IMG/VR virus record: IMGVR_UViG_3300031949_000016
Coordinates: 22,692 to 86,691 of that record
Source of the DNA: a virus
Lineage: Duplodnaviria; Caudoviricetes
Length of the DNA stretch: 64,000 nucleotides
Reading direction: 5' to 3' (one strand)
In this document: piece by piece, positions 27,125-35,012 of the stretch
Layout: the number at the start of each line of letters is the position of its first letter
Numbering within the stretch: position 1 is the first letter of the stretch
Translations under genes and position numbers: made by a program
The notes under the pieces: model-generated
Database searches by the model: none
Told to the model about the DNA's origin: nothing
Seen by the model: the letters and a program-made list of their open reading frames with translations, nothing else

Positions 27125-27334
27125 ATGAAGACCATACGCCTGACCGATGAACTCTACCGGCAACTCGCCGAACGTGCAAAACGAACACACCGCTCGATAA
27201 ACTCCGAGGCTGTGTTCGCGGTTGAATCCTATCTCATAAGCGTTTCGGAATCCATGCCAGAAATACCCCGCGAAGACGCGCCACCCATCAAGCGACGGCG
27301 TTCTCGAATGCCGACCAACCATCCTAATCCATAA
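27125..27334 (+). CDS. Arc-like ribbon-helix-helix regulator, leaderless
   Basis: MKTIRLTDELYRQLAERAKRTHRSINSEAV. Confidence 0.8.
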   Translation: MKTIRLTDELYRQLAERAKRTHRSINSEAVFAVESYLISVSESMPEIPREDAPPIKRRRSRMPTNHPNP

Positions 27335-27352
27335 CACGAAAGGATAAGTATC

Positions 27353-27907
27353 ATGTACGTCATCACGGGAGAAATTCAGGGGGTTGCACCATTGCTGTTC
27401 AACAAGATGCTGGAAGGCGAACTCGAACAAACAGCGTCCAGCAAAACCCTCAAGGGCCGCGTGACCGTTGAAGACCGCATCGCGGAAGCGGAAAACCGAG
27501 TGTATCGAAACGAGGCTGGCATCATTTACCTGCCGGGTTGGAACTTCAAGCAATGCCTGTTGGAAGGCTGCCGACGCTCCGGCCTCAAAGTCGGGCGCGG
27601 TTCACTGATGCCCTATCTGCAAGCCGCCGTGTTTCCCGATCGGGAATTGTATTTCTCGAACCGGAAGACGCACGATTTCATGCACGAGAATTGGGGCCGA
27701 CGGCCCCCGCGCACCGGCGGCGCATGTATGGTCAGGCGTCCGGCGCTCAAGGAAGGCTGGAAGTTGGCCTTCAACCTGAACATCGTCGACGATCGCCGTC
27801 ACCCCGAAGAGATCAAACGCTCGCTTGAAGAAGCCGGCCTGCTCGTCGGCATCGGCTCGTGGCGACCGGAGTACGGTCGCTTCATCGTGACAAAGTTTGC
27901 ATCTTAG
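27353..27907 (+). CDS. Solitary Cas7/RAMP-like protein (Vipr-like candidate)
   Basis: N-terminal strand plus GVAPLLFN, IYLPGWNFKQCL, Gly-rich loop GLLVGIGSWRPEYGRF; flanked by pentamer arrays. Confidence 0.7.
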   Translation: MYVITGEIQGVAPLLFNKMLEGELEQTASSKTLKGRVTVEDRIAEAENRVYRNEAGIIYLPGWNFKQCLLEGCRRSGLKVGRGSLMPYLQAAVFPDRELYFSNRKTHDFMHENWGRRPPRTGGACMVRRPALKEGWKLAFNLNIVDDRRHPEEIKRSLEEAGLLVGIGSWRPEYGRFIVTKFAS

Positions 27908-27918
27908 AACTTGAATAA

Positions 27919-27983
27919 TGCGCGGCATGGCCGGGCGTAGCCTGGCCGGGCTCGGCAAGGCTAAGCAAAGCAAGGCAAGGGCA
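27919..27983 (+). repeat. Pentamer array 1, (NGC-NN)12 plus GGG; candidate guide RNA
   Basis: 8 GGC, 3 AGC, 1 TGC at exact 5-nt period in intergenic DNA. Confidence 0.85.
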
Positions 27984-28003
27984 TCACAACAAGAAGGAGA
28001 ATC

Positions 28004-28312
28004 ATGGACCGTGACAGCAAACGCTTGGAACCCATTATCGACCCGGCGATCAACGCCATTCGATCCATCCTGACGGACGGCGAGCACACCGACAACGAGA
28101 TCACCGCCGCCCGCATCGCCAGCAGTGTTCTGGCCACCTGGTCTAAACTCAAGCAAAGCGAGCGCGCGCAAGAAGCCGTCTACTTTGCAATGGCCCGCGA
28201 ACTCGCGCAAGATCAGGAACAACTCGCCAAATACATATCGATGACCCTGCCCGATGTTCCACTGGTCAGAGTCCTCGACGCCAAGAAGTTGCCCGCTCCA
28301 AAGAAGAAGTAA
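28004..28312 (+). CDS. Hypothetical helical protein between the two arrays
   Basis: Strong AAGGAG RBS; ORF track. Confidence 0.75.
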   Translation: MDRDSKRLEPIIDPAINAIRSILTDGEHTDNEITAARIASSVLATWSKLKQSERAQEAVYFAMARELAQDQEQLAKYISMTLPDVPLVRVLDAKKLPAPKKK

Positions 28313-28316
28313 ACGC

Positions 28317-28386
28317 GGCAATGCTCGGCATGGCGTAGCAAGGCGAAGCACGGCATGGCGTAGCGAGGCGAAGCCCGGCAGGGGAC
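28317..28386 (+). repeat. Pentamer array 2, (NGC-NN)13 plus GGG; candidate guide RNA
   Basis: 8 GGC, 4 AGC, 1 TGC at exact 5-nt period in intergenic DNA. Confidence 0.85.
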
Positions 28387-28398
28387 GTAACAAGATCT

Positions 28399-28429
28399 AA
28401 CGCGCCAACGACTTCATCGCAGGCGCGTT
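28399..28429. terminator. Hairpin between convergent transcription units
   Basis: AACGCGCC...GGCGCGTT inverted repeat. Confidence 0.5.
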
Positions 28430-28486
28430 GGTTAATTCACCAATTACTAATTACAAAGTTCCCGTATACTGTCTGGACCAGTTATC

Positions 28487-29350
28487 TCAAATTCTCCACG
28501 TCATCATGTTGTACCACCAGTCGGCCGGTTTGCTAGGCCCGTAATCAGGGTAGGACGGATACGGATACCCACCTCCGCCATACCCTCCACCGCCTCCACC
28601 CCCCGTATACGCCGGCATCGCCACCGGCTCTTCATTCGCCAGCCCCAGCCGCGCCTTATCGTACTCCCGCATCCTCACCCGCAAGTCCTCGATGTCGTAC
28701 ATATTATCGGGTGCTGGCTGCAGTCGCGCGGCCTCGTTCGCGGTCAGTTCGCTGCGCAGGATCGGCGGAGTCTGCGGCGCGAAGTGCATCCCGCGCGTCG
28801 CCGGACTGCCCGGCAGCAAATACAACGGTGGCTCGGCCATCCCCGGCACCGGCTGCCCGCTGCCCCCCGGCAAATCATAGTACGCCGTTGGCACAGCCGG
28901 ATACAGTCCTCCGCCTTCTCCGAACGCCCGCATCTTCCGTGCGTAAGCCGCCGTCGAAAATGGATTGTTTGGATCGAAAAATGGCGCAGCCGATGCCATC
29001 TCTTGCGCACTGACAGCACCCACCGGCCCAGAATACAGCGGCCGGCCTCGGATGTCCAGCGCATACTGCGGATTCATGACGCTGGCTTGACTTCCGAACC
29101 TGCTTTGGAATGCCGGCGGGATATTGCCCCGCCCCCCGCCTCGCCCGCGAAACCGCATCGCCTCAATATCGCCCGGACTCGGCACCCGATTGCGCGCCGT
29201 CAGCGTTGAAGATACCGGTTTTTGTGGGGTCGGCCTCCACCTGCTGCGCAAATCCTCGATGTCCATTAGACCACCCTTCGTCGGCGGAGTCGGCATCCGT
29301 TCCTTATTCATGAATCGCCGATATAAATCCTTCCAATCGTCGTAGGCCAT
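28487..29350 (-). CDS. Pro/Gly-rich hypothetical protein, possibly virion-associated
   Basis: ORF track; start moved to MAYDD at 29350. Confidence 0.65.
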   Translation of the reverse strand: MAYDDWKDLYRRFMNKERMPTPPTKGGLMDIEDLRSRWRPTPQKPVSSTLTARNRVPSPGDIEAMRFRGRGGGRGNIPPAFQSRFGSQASVMNPQYALDIRGRPLYSGPVGAVSAQEMASAAPFFDPNNPFSTAAYARKMRAFGEGGGLYPAVPTAYYDLPGGSGQPVPGMAEPPLYLLPGSPATRGMHFAPQTPPILRSELTANEAARLQPAPDNMYDIEDLRVRMREYDKARLGLANEEPVAMPAYTGGGGGGGYGGGGYPYPSYPDYGPSKPADWWYNMMTWRI

Positions 29351-29483
29351 GAGATAATCCCCCTCTCTTGGTGGGATGAGATAATCCCCCTCTCTTGGTG
29401 GGATGAGATAATCCCCCTCTCTTGGTGGGATGAGATAATCCCCCTCTCTTGGTGGGATGAGATAATCCCCCTCTCTTGGTGGG
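29349..29483 (+). repeat. Perfect 27-bp tandem repeat, 5 copies
   Basis: ATGAGATAATCCCCCTCTCTTGGTGGG x5. Confidence 0.95.
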
Positions 29484-29510
29484 ATGACTTCACCCCCCAT
29501 TCACCATTGA

Positions 29511-29744
29511 CTACTGACTGCTCACCATCCCCCGCATCCTCAGCACATTCCGTTTGATACGCTCGAACTCCCGCGGATTCTCCCGTTGCAGTTTCTCAGC
29601 CACCGCCGGGTCCGACAACGCCGCGATCACCAGCTGTGCGCGCAATATCGGCGCGTGGTATCTTTCCTGAAACTCCGACTCCCACCGCGCCGCCTGCTGC
29701 TTCACATTCAATTCAATTTCCTCGACGTCGACAATCGTCAACAT
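29511..29744 (-). CDS. Hypothetical protein
   Basis: ORF track; RBS. Confidence 0.6.
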   Translation of the reverse strand: MLTIVDVEEIELNVKQQAARWESEFQERYHAPILRAQLVIAALSDPAVAEKLQRENPREFERIKRNVLRMRGMVSSQ

Positions 29745-29789
29745 GGCGTCCCCGTCCTTACATCTGGCGCATCTGTGGACCGATTAGCC

Positions 29790-30641
29790 CTATCCACGAT
29801 ACCAAATCTTCTGTGGAACGTTCGGCTCCGGCGTCCCCGTCGGCGGCACGAACGGCCACGTCGCATCCTGCCGCATCCACTCCCCGGCCGGGCCCTGCCA
29901 CTGCGGCATCTGGAAAGCCTGTGCTGCATACTGCGGATAGAACCGCGCGAACTGATTCTTGAAGTAGCCAGGATTCTGGCCGATGTAGGCATACGCCTCC
30001 GCTGGCGCGTGTGCCTCCCCTCCCCAGATCTCCATCGCTGGCTTGATGCCCATGCCAGGGAAATACCTCGCGTCCGACTCTCGCACCGCCTGCTGAAATT
30101 CTGGGTTCGACGACTGCGGATTGAGCGTATCGAAGTAGTGTGACAACTCGTGCGTGTAATCGTTCGTCGCCATCTCCTGCTTGAATGTGCCAGGCTGAAA
30201 ATAGTCCGGGCGTTGCACCAACGTGTTCGCGTCCGGCGCATAAGCCATCCTTGCCCCCGGCAACTCGCGCGTCGTCGTCGGCAAATTCCATTGAGCGTAC
30301 TCCGCCTGTGGCGTATAGGCCCCGCTCGCCATCAGCCGATAGCGTTGACCAAGGTTGCTGGTCTGCGGCGCCCGCTCCCCCAAGTACCGCATCGGATTAT
30401 TCAGCAAGTCCCGCTGCAACACGCCGACCCGATTCCCCAGGTCAAGCAGTAAATTACCACCGGCCTGCTGTTGTGCGGGTATCTGTGCCGGCGGTTTCAA
30501 CCTCGGAACATTATGGTCAGGCCGCGGCGCAGTCGCAGCAGAGGGAGGTGCAATCCGTGGCACCCCCGTCTCCTGCGGAATCGCTGCACTCAACGGCCGC
30601 TTCACCCGGTACACACTATTCTTGAAATCCTCGAAGGCCAT
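29790..30641 (-). CDS. Hypothetical protein with HExxH motif
   Basis: YTHELSHY followed by EAYAYIG. Confidence 0.6.
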   Translation of the reverse strand: MAFEDFKNSVYRVKRPLSAAIPQETGVPRIAPPSAATAPRPDHNVPRLKPPAQIPAQQQAGGNLLLDLGNRVGVLQRDLLNNPMRYLGERAPQTSNLGQRYRLMASGAYTPQAEYAQWNLPTTTRELPGARMAYAPDANTLVQRPDYFQPGTFKQEMATNDYTHELSHYFDTLNPQSSNPEFQQAVRESDARYFPGMGIKPAMEIWGGEAHAPAEAYAYIGQNPGYFKNQFARFYPQYAAQAFQMPQWQGPAGEWMRQDATWPFVPPTGTPEPNVPQKIWYRG

Positions 30642-30681
30642 GACAACACCCCCAGTTACTAATCACCAATTACTAACCTCA

Positions 30682-32430
30682 CTACCCCTGTATCTGATTC
30701 GGCACAGGCCCCTGCATCGGCAGACCCGGCCCAACCTGTCCGCCCGGCGGATAAGCATTACTCGCCATCTCCGGCGTCACATACCCCTCTGGCCCCGGCG
30801 CTTGACCATTACCTGGCATTGTCGGCCCGCCGCCTTGTGGTGGATTGCTTCCTGCTGCCTGCACCGCCTGCTGCACCTTCATTTGATCCTCCGCCTTCAT
30901 CAGCTCGATCAACCTCTGGAACTCCACATCCAGCCGGCGCTCCATCCACACATCCCGGTCCATCTGGCCGCTCTGCCCGATGTTCAAAATATTCTCGCGC
31001 ACCCACCCGCGCGTCGCCAGTTGGCCGTTGACCAGCATCAGCGCCACGTTCGCCGCCTGCAAGCGGTCCTGCGGCAAGTCCGGCTCAATGCTCACGTTGA
31101 TCACCATGTCGTCTGGTATATCGTCCGCGCTCAAATCAATCGATGACCGGTCCGCCTTGTAGAACTTCAGCCCCCGATCCTTGTCATTCTTCAACCACTG
31201 CATCGCCATCACCATCATGTCACCGATCGCCTGACCCATCATTTCTTTATGAGCAACGAGCGGCAGCCGGCCGGCCTGCGCCAAAAGGCTGATAGAACTG
31301 AATGGCTGCGCCGTCTGAGGTGGAGCACCCAACGCCTGCGGCTGAATCGTCGACGCCTGGCCGATCCCGCGCGCCAGGTCGAGCGATGTCAATAGCGATT
31401 GATCGATGATCTTCTCCGCGAACGGACTCAACTGCTCGTCCATGCCGAGATCCACCACCCCGCCCGGAATGGATCGGTCGATGATCATCGGCTCGCCCGG
31501 CCGGTTCGTCTTCCGCACCAGCAGCGGACTCGACCCCAGCGCGTACACCAGCGAATAGATCGTCGTCAGTGATAAATTCTCTCGATACCACAGTCCCGAC
31601 TTGAGAAATGAATACAACAGAGGAATGCGCTGCAACTCTGGCTTATCGTAGTCGAACAAAAACGACCCGTCCGTCACCGTCGCCACGTAGGGGATGAACT
31701 CTAACTCGTGCTCCTCCAGCAATATCTCCCGGCCTTCCTCCACCCACACCGCCCGCCGTTCCCAATCGTAGTAGTCGCACACCGTCACCATCTGATTCCG
31801 GTCCGTCAATGGACCCATCGCATCCTCGGCCAGCGACCCCCACGAATCCAGCACCTCGCCCCACGTCGTCCGCAGTCGTGTGACAATCCTCGCCAGCCCG
31901 AACCGGTCGAAGTCCGGGTAGCACTTCGACGGATCCATGAACTTGAACAGATACGGCGTCTTCCGCGCCACCGCCCGCATCCGATTGATTGACCCCCTCA
32001 ACTTCGCTTGCTCCGCGTACTTCACCAGCTCACTCGTCTTCGTCACGGATCCGCAGATCTCTCCGAACAAGATCGCCGATGTCGCCGCCTCGTAGTGCTG
32101 CGGCTTGCTCACCACCCGCCCGCTGCCGTCCCACATGGCCCGCGCCGCCACCTCGATCTTGTCGCTGGCTCCCTTAGCCGCGTCGTCGTTCTGGTCATAC
32201 GGCACGCTCACCTGTGGCGACGTTGCCGTCAGCAGCCGGATCGCGCCGATGGCCGCGTTGTGCGCGCTCGGACTCATCGTTTTCTTGATCCACTTCGCCT
32301 CCGGCACATTCTGGATCCACTCCATGTGGAATGCCCGCCGGATGTCCTGGTTAAACGCATCGCGCGCCGTGTGCCGGCTCACCAACTGCGTCGCCACACT
32401 TTGCGCATCCTCTATCCTGAAATCGCTCAT
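30682..32430 (-). CDS. Probable portal protein
   Basis: 582 aa, downstream of terminase, helical with Gln/Pro/Gly-rich tail; called from size, position and character. Confidence 0.65.
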   Translation of the reverse strand: MSDFRIEDAQSVATQLVSRHTARDAFNQDIRRAFHMEWIQNVPEAKWIKKTMSPSAHNAAIGAIRLLTATSPQVSVPYDQNDDAAKGASDKIEVAARAMWDGSGRVVSKPQHYEAATSAILFGEICGSVTKTSELVKYAEQAKLRGSINRMRAVARKTPYLFKFMDPSKCYPDFDRFGLARIVTRLRTTWGEVLDSWGSLAEDAMGPLTDRNQMVTVCDYYDWERRAVWVEEGREILLEEHELEFIPYVATVTDGSFLFDYDKPELQRIPLLYSFLKSGLWYRENLSLTTIYSLVYALGSSPLLVRKTNRPGEPMIIDRSIPGGVVDLGMDEQLSPFAEKIIDQSLLTSLDLARGIGQASTIQPQALGAPPQTAQPFSSISLLAQAGRLPLVAHKEMMGQAIGDMMVMAMQWLKNDKDRGLKFYKADRSSIDLSADDIPDDMVINVSIEPDLPQDRLQAANVALMLVNGQLATRGWVRENILNIGQSGQMDRDVWMERRLDVEFQRLIELMKAEDQMKVQQAVQAAGSNPPQGGGPTMPGNGQAPGPEGYVTPEMASNAYPPGGQVGPGLPMQGPVPNQIQG

Positions 32431-32520
32431 ATCTCATCCTGTCATTCCAGAATGCCTCTATCGGGAATCCAGTCCCCCCCGTCCTACCGAAGCATCGGCA
32501 TCCCCTGCCGACGGAAACGA

Positions 32521-32580
32521 AACGCGCCGACTGTAGGGGCAACTCTTGCAGTTGCCACAGTCGGCGCGTTGTTATCCGTT
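32521..32580 (-). promoter_or_regulatory. Conserved leader hairpin, copy 2
   Basis: AACGGATAAC-AACGCGCCGAC...GTCGGCGCGTT-T upstream of the portal. Confidence 0.55.
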
Positions 32581-32650
32581 CGCCGTCTATCTCAAAGCCG
32601 TGAAAGACCGACGGAAAAAGCGTCCCTCTCTATGCCGTTTCCACATCCCT

Positions 32651-32680
32651 ATCCTACCATAACACCGTCACCAAAGTCAA
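32651..32680 (-). promoter_or_regulatory. Late-gene promoter
   Basis: TTGACT-18-TAGGAT with extended TG. Confidence 0.6.
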
Positions 32681-32836
32681 CTGACCTATCGGACATTCTC
32701 GCCTACTTTAACTCTGTGCAATATTGAATGACGAAGTTCAGGATGTTTCTTCAGGCAGTTCGGTCCGAGTGGTCGTGATCGTCATGGTTAATCCTCGTTT
32801 CAGTGATGCGATTACGCTTTACTTGTCTACTCGTCT

Positions 32837-32948
32837 AAACCTGTCTAAAACCTGTCTGGTAGATTGGTCAAACCTGTCTACTCTCTCTCTCCCTTTAGGG
32901 AGAGAGTAGACAGGTTTGACAGGTGCCTTTCGATAGGCAACCTGTCTA
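32837..32948. repeat. Iteron-like AACCTGTC array with a long hairpin
   Basis: 4 forward and 2 reverse copies; 17-bp arms CAAACCTGTCTACTCTC/GAGAGTAGACAGGTTTG. Confidence 0.8.
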
Positions 32949-32952
32949 AGGA

Positions 32953-33099
32953 TTATTTTCGCCTCGGGTAAGTCCGTACACCACGCATCAACCAATAGAG
33001 AGCGCCAAAGATTGGCCCAGCCCAGCCGATGCCGTTAGGGATTAGACCAGCAACGACCAGAATATTCATGACAATCGCGTCACCAACCGTATTGATCAT
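32953..33099 (-). CDS. Small membrane protein (48 aa)
   Basis: Manual translation MINTVGDAIVMNILVVAGLIPNGIGWAGPIFGALYWLMRG...; GGAG RBS. Confidence 0.45.
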   Translation of the reverse strand: MINTVGDAIVMNILVVAGLIPNGIGWAGPIFGALYWLMRGVRTYPRRK

Positions 33100-33126
33100 C
33101 TCCAATCTCCAATCTCTAATCTCTAA

Positions 33127-33369
33127 TTACTTTTTCCCCTCAACCTCTCCCCCCCCCACCGCGCCGTCCCGCGCCGCTGCCGCAATCGCCTCAATGATTT
33201 CTTGCGAGTTCCTGTCCAGCCATGCCGCTATTTCCGTATGGACGGCTTCTCTGATTTCAATCGTCATTGGCCACCCGCGCTCGGCATCCTTCGCCAGCAG
33301 GTATCTGGCAATTCCATCCGAAACCGCATCATCTGAGAAGTCAACTTCATTCTGGTAGTTCATCTCCAA
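33127..33369 (-). CDS. Hypothetical protein flanked by ~65-bp direct repeats
   Basis: ORF track; repeats at 33097-33167 and 33361-33424. Confidence 0.6.
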   Translation of the reverse strand: MEMNYQNEVDFSDDAVSDGIARYLLAKDAERGWPMTIEIREAVHTEIAAWLDRNSQEIIEAIAAAARDGAVGGGEVEGKK

Positions 33370-33379
33370 TCTCCAATCT

Positions 33380-34813
33380 CTAATTACTTTTCCCCCTCAA
33401 CCTATCCCCCACCCACCGCGCCGTACCCTTCCGCACCGTCCAACCCCGCGCATCCCACCGTGCAAGAATGTCCCGCAACTGCGGCTCCGTCATCGCCTGC
33501 GGAACGGCCTTCACGAACCGCGCCATCAACTTCGTGTAGTTCAGCGACCCGCCCATCTCCTCCACGGCGAACCGCACTACCTCCACCTCAATCGGCGTCA
33601 GGTCCCCGCCGCCCATCGCCGGCCCCGCCGTCCCATCCATCAATGTCCGCAGCCGATCGGCCCCGATGCGGTAAGTCTGGATCTCAACCGGCTCACCATC
33701 CAGCCTAAGATAGCCCCGCCCCGGCTGTGCAATCGCCGTCGCCTTGCGCGCATACGCCCGGCTCATCAGCACCGACTGTCCGACATATTCATCTCCCACG
33801 CGCAGGCACAAACGCGTCCCGAACGTCGAAGACAACGCTCGCTCGATCTCGCGCGCCTGCCAGTTGTGAGCGATGACGACGCTCATCAATCCATACTTCC
33901 GTCCCATCCGATTCAGATCAGCCAGCGCCGAATCCAGTTCCCCGCCGAAACTCAGGTACTCATCGATCGCCAACAGGATTCCATTCAGCGGCTCGCCGGC
34001 CTTCCACTTGTTGTACTGCTCTATGTCTTCAGGAGGAATACCGCCGTTCTTATCGACCGCAGCCTCTCGGAACAGCATCGCCCGCCGGTCGAACTCCGCA
34101 TGGATCGTGCGGATGATGTCAGCGAAGTCATCCACCGACTGCCCGATGCGCTTCACCTGTGGCACCTGCCCCCACAACTCAGGGATGAACGTGTTGCCGG
34201 CCATCGGCTGCACCAGGTACAAATCGTACCCCTGCCCCACTGCCTGGTAAGCCAGCAACTGCCCGATGTTCGATTTGCCGTAGCCCTGCAATCCGCCAAC
34301 CATCAGCGTCTTCAATTCCTTGCGCGTCAGCGCCAGCGACCCGGCCTTCGTCTCCCCCAGCAGGAACTTCCCCTCTGGCAATGTCGCCGGCAACTCGACC
34401 TCGTTCGGCAGTTCCAATTTCTTCGACGGCCTCATCACCACCAGATACGCGACCAGCGTCTCGGCAATGTCCCCCGATTCTCCGCCGATCGCGCTCATCA
34501 GCACGTCCACCACCTCAGTCGGCACGACCTTGACCGGCCGCTTCAACTGGACCATCAGCCGCTCCGCCACGATCGGCGCCCGCATCTGCTCCAGCGACAC
34601 ATGATGCAGACGTTGTGGATCGACGACAAGCACAACGAACTGATCAGCGACGTTGATCGCCGCGCCGATCCTGGGCGTGAACGGGCTGCCGTCCTGGTTG
34701 ACGTGGCTCAACCCGCGCACCTGCATGAACGCATAGCACGCATTGCGCGCCATGTCCATCAGGTTGCTCTCAGTTACCGCCGCCAGTCCGCTCACTCCCC
34801 GCCCGCTTTCCAT
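33380..34813 (-). CDS. FtsK/SpoIIIE-like ATPase (TraB-like) with C-terminal wHTH-like tail
   Basis: GGLQGYGKSN Walker A, LAIDEY Walker B, GRKYG, PGRG. Confidence 0.8.
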   Translation of the reverse strand: MESGRGVSGLAAVTESNLMDMARNACYAFMQVRGLSHVNQDGSPFTPRIGAAINVADQFVVLVVDPQRLHHVSLEQMRAPIVAERLMVQLKRPVKVVPTEVVDVLMSAIGGESGDIAETLVAYLVVMRPSKKLELPNEVELPATLPEGKFLLGETKAGSLALTRKELKTLMVGGLQGYGKSNIGQLLAYQAVGQGYDLYLVQPMAGNTFIPELWGQVPQVKRIGQSVDDFADIIRTIHAEFDRRAMLFREAAVDKNGGIPPEDIEQYNKWKAGEPLNGILLAIDEYLSFGGELDSALADLNRMGRKYGLMSVVIAHNWQAREIERALSSTFGTRLCLRVGDEYVGQSVLMSRAYARKATAIAQPGRGYLRLDGEPVEIQTYRIGADRLRTLMDGTAGPAMGGGDLTPIEVEVVRFAVEEMGGSLNYTKLMARFVKAVPQAMTEPQLRDILARWDARGWTVRKGTARWVGDRLRGKSN

Positions 34814-34980
34814 AGTGATGCAGCAATCGGCTTCGTCTTACCCCAAACAATCTCATCCTCTTCATACTTCCGGTTACAGCACCGACAGACAATCAACAGG
34901 CCACTGATCTCCAAATCCAGACCAACCAACTCGTCGCCACAAATCGGGCAGTAGGCCCTCTCTTCTGCTATCATTGTCAT
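34792..34980 (-). CDS. Small Zn-ribbon protein
   Basis: CPIC...CRCC. Confidence 0.5.
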   Translation of the reverse strand: MTMIAEERAYCPICGDELVGLDLEISGLLIVCRCCNRKYEEDEIVWGKTKPIAASLWKAGGE

Positions 34981-35012
34981 CCCTCCGCCACATCCCGCAG
35001 CATCTCCACCAC

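Noticed and set aside
27761-27799. Gapped match of array 2 to the RAMP gene itself (17 of 26 positions, in codon register)
   Set aside because: Found by looking for a partial pattern; my rough binomial estimate gives several hits this good by chance in 128 kb of both strands
27919-28386. Pentamer arrays as a CRISPR array
   Set aside because: Period is 5 nt with 2-nt variable parts; there are no 23-50 nt repeats with unique spacers
27602-28393. 263-aa - strand ORF across the arrays
   Set aside because: Antisense to two well-supported genes; its LRHAVLRLA/LCLALPSPA text is just the repeat read backwards
29349-29483. 27-bp repeats as a CRISPR array
   Set aside because: Units are directly adjacent with no spacers
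32571-32580. CGGATAACAA in the leaders resembles a lac operator half-site
   Set aside because: Only a half-site, one copy differs, and there is no LacI-family gene; treated as coincidence
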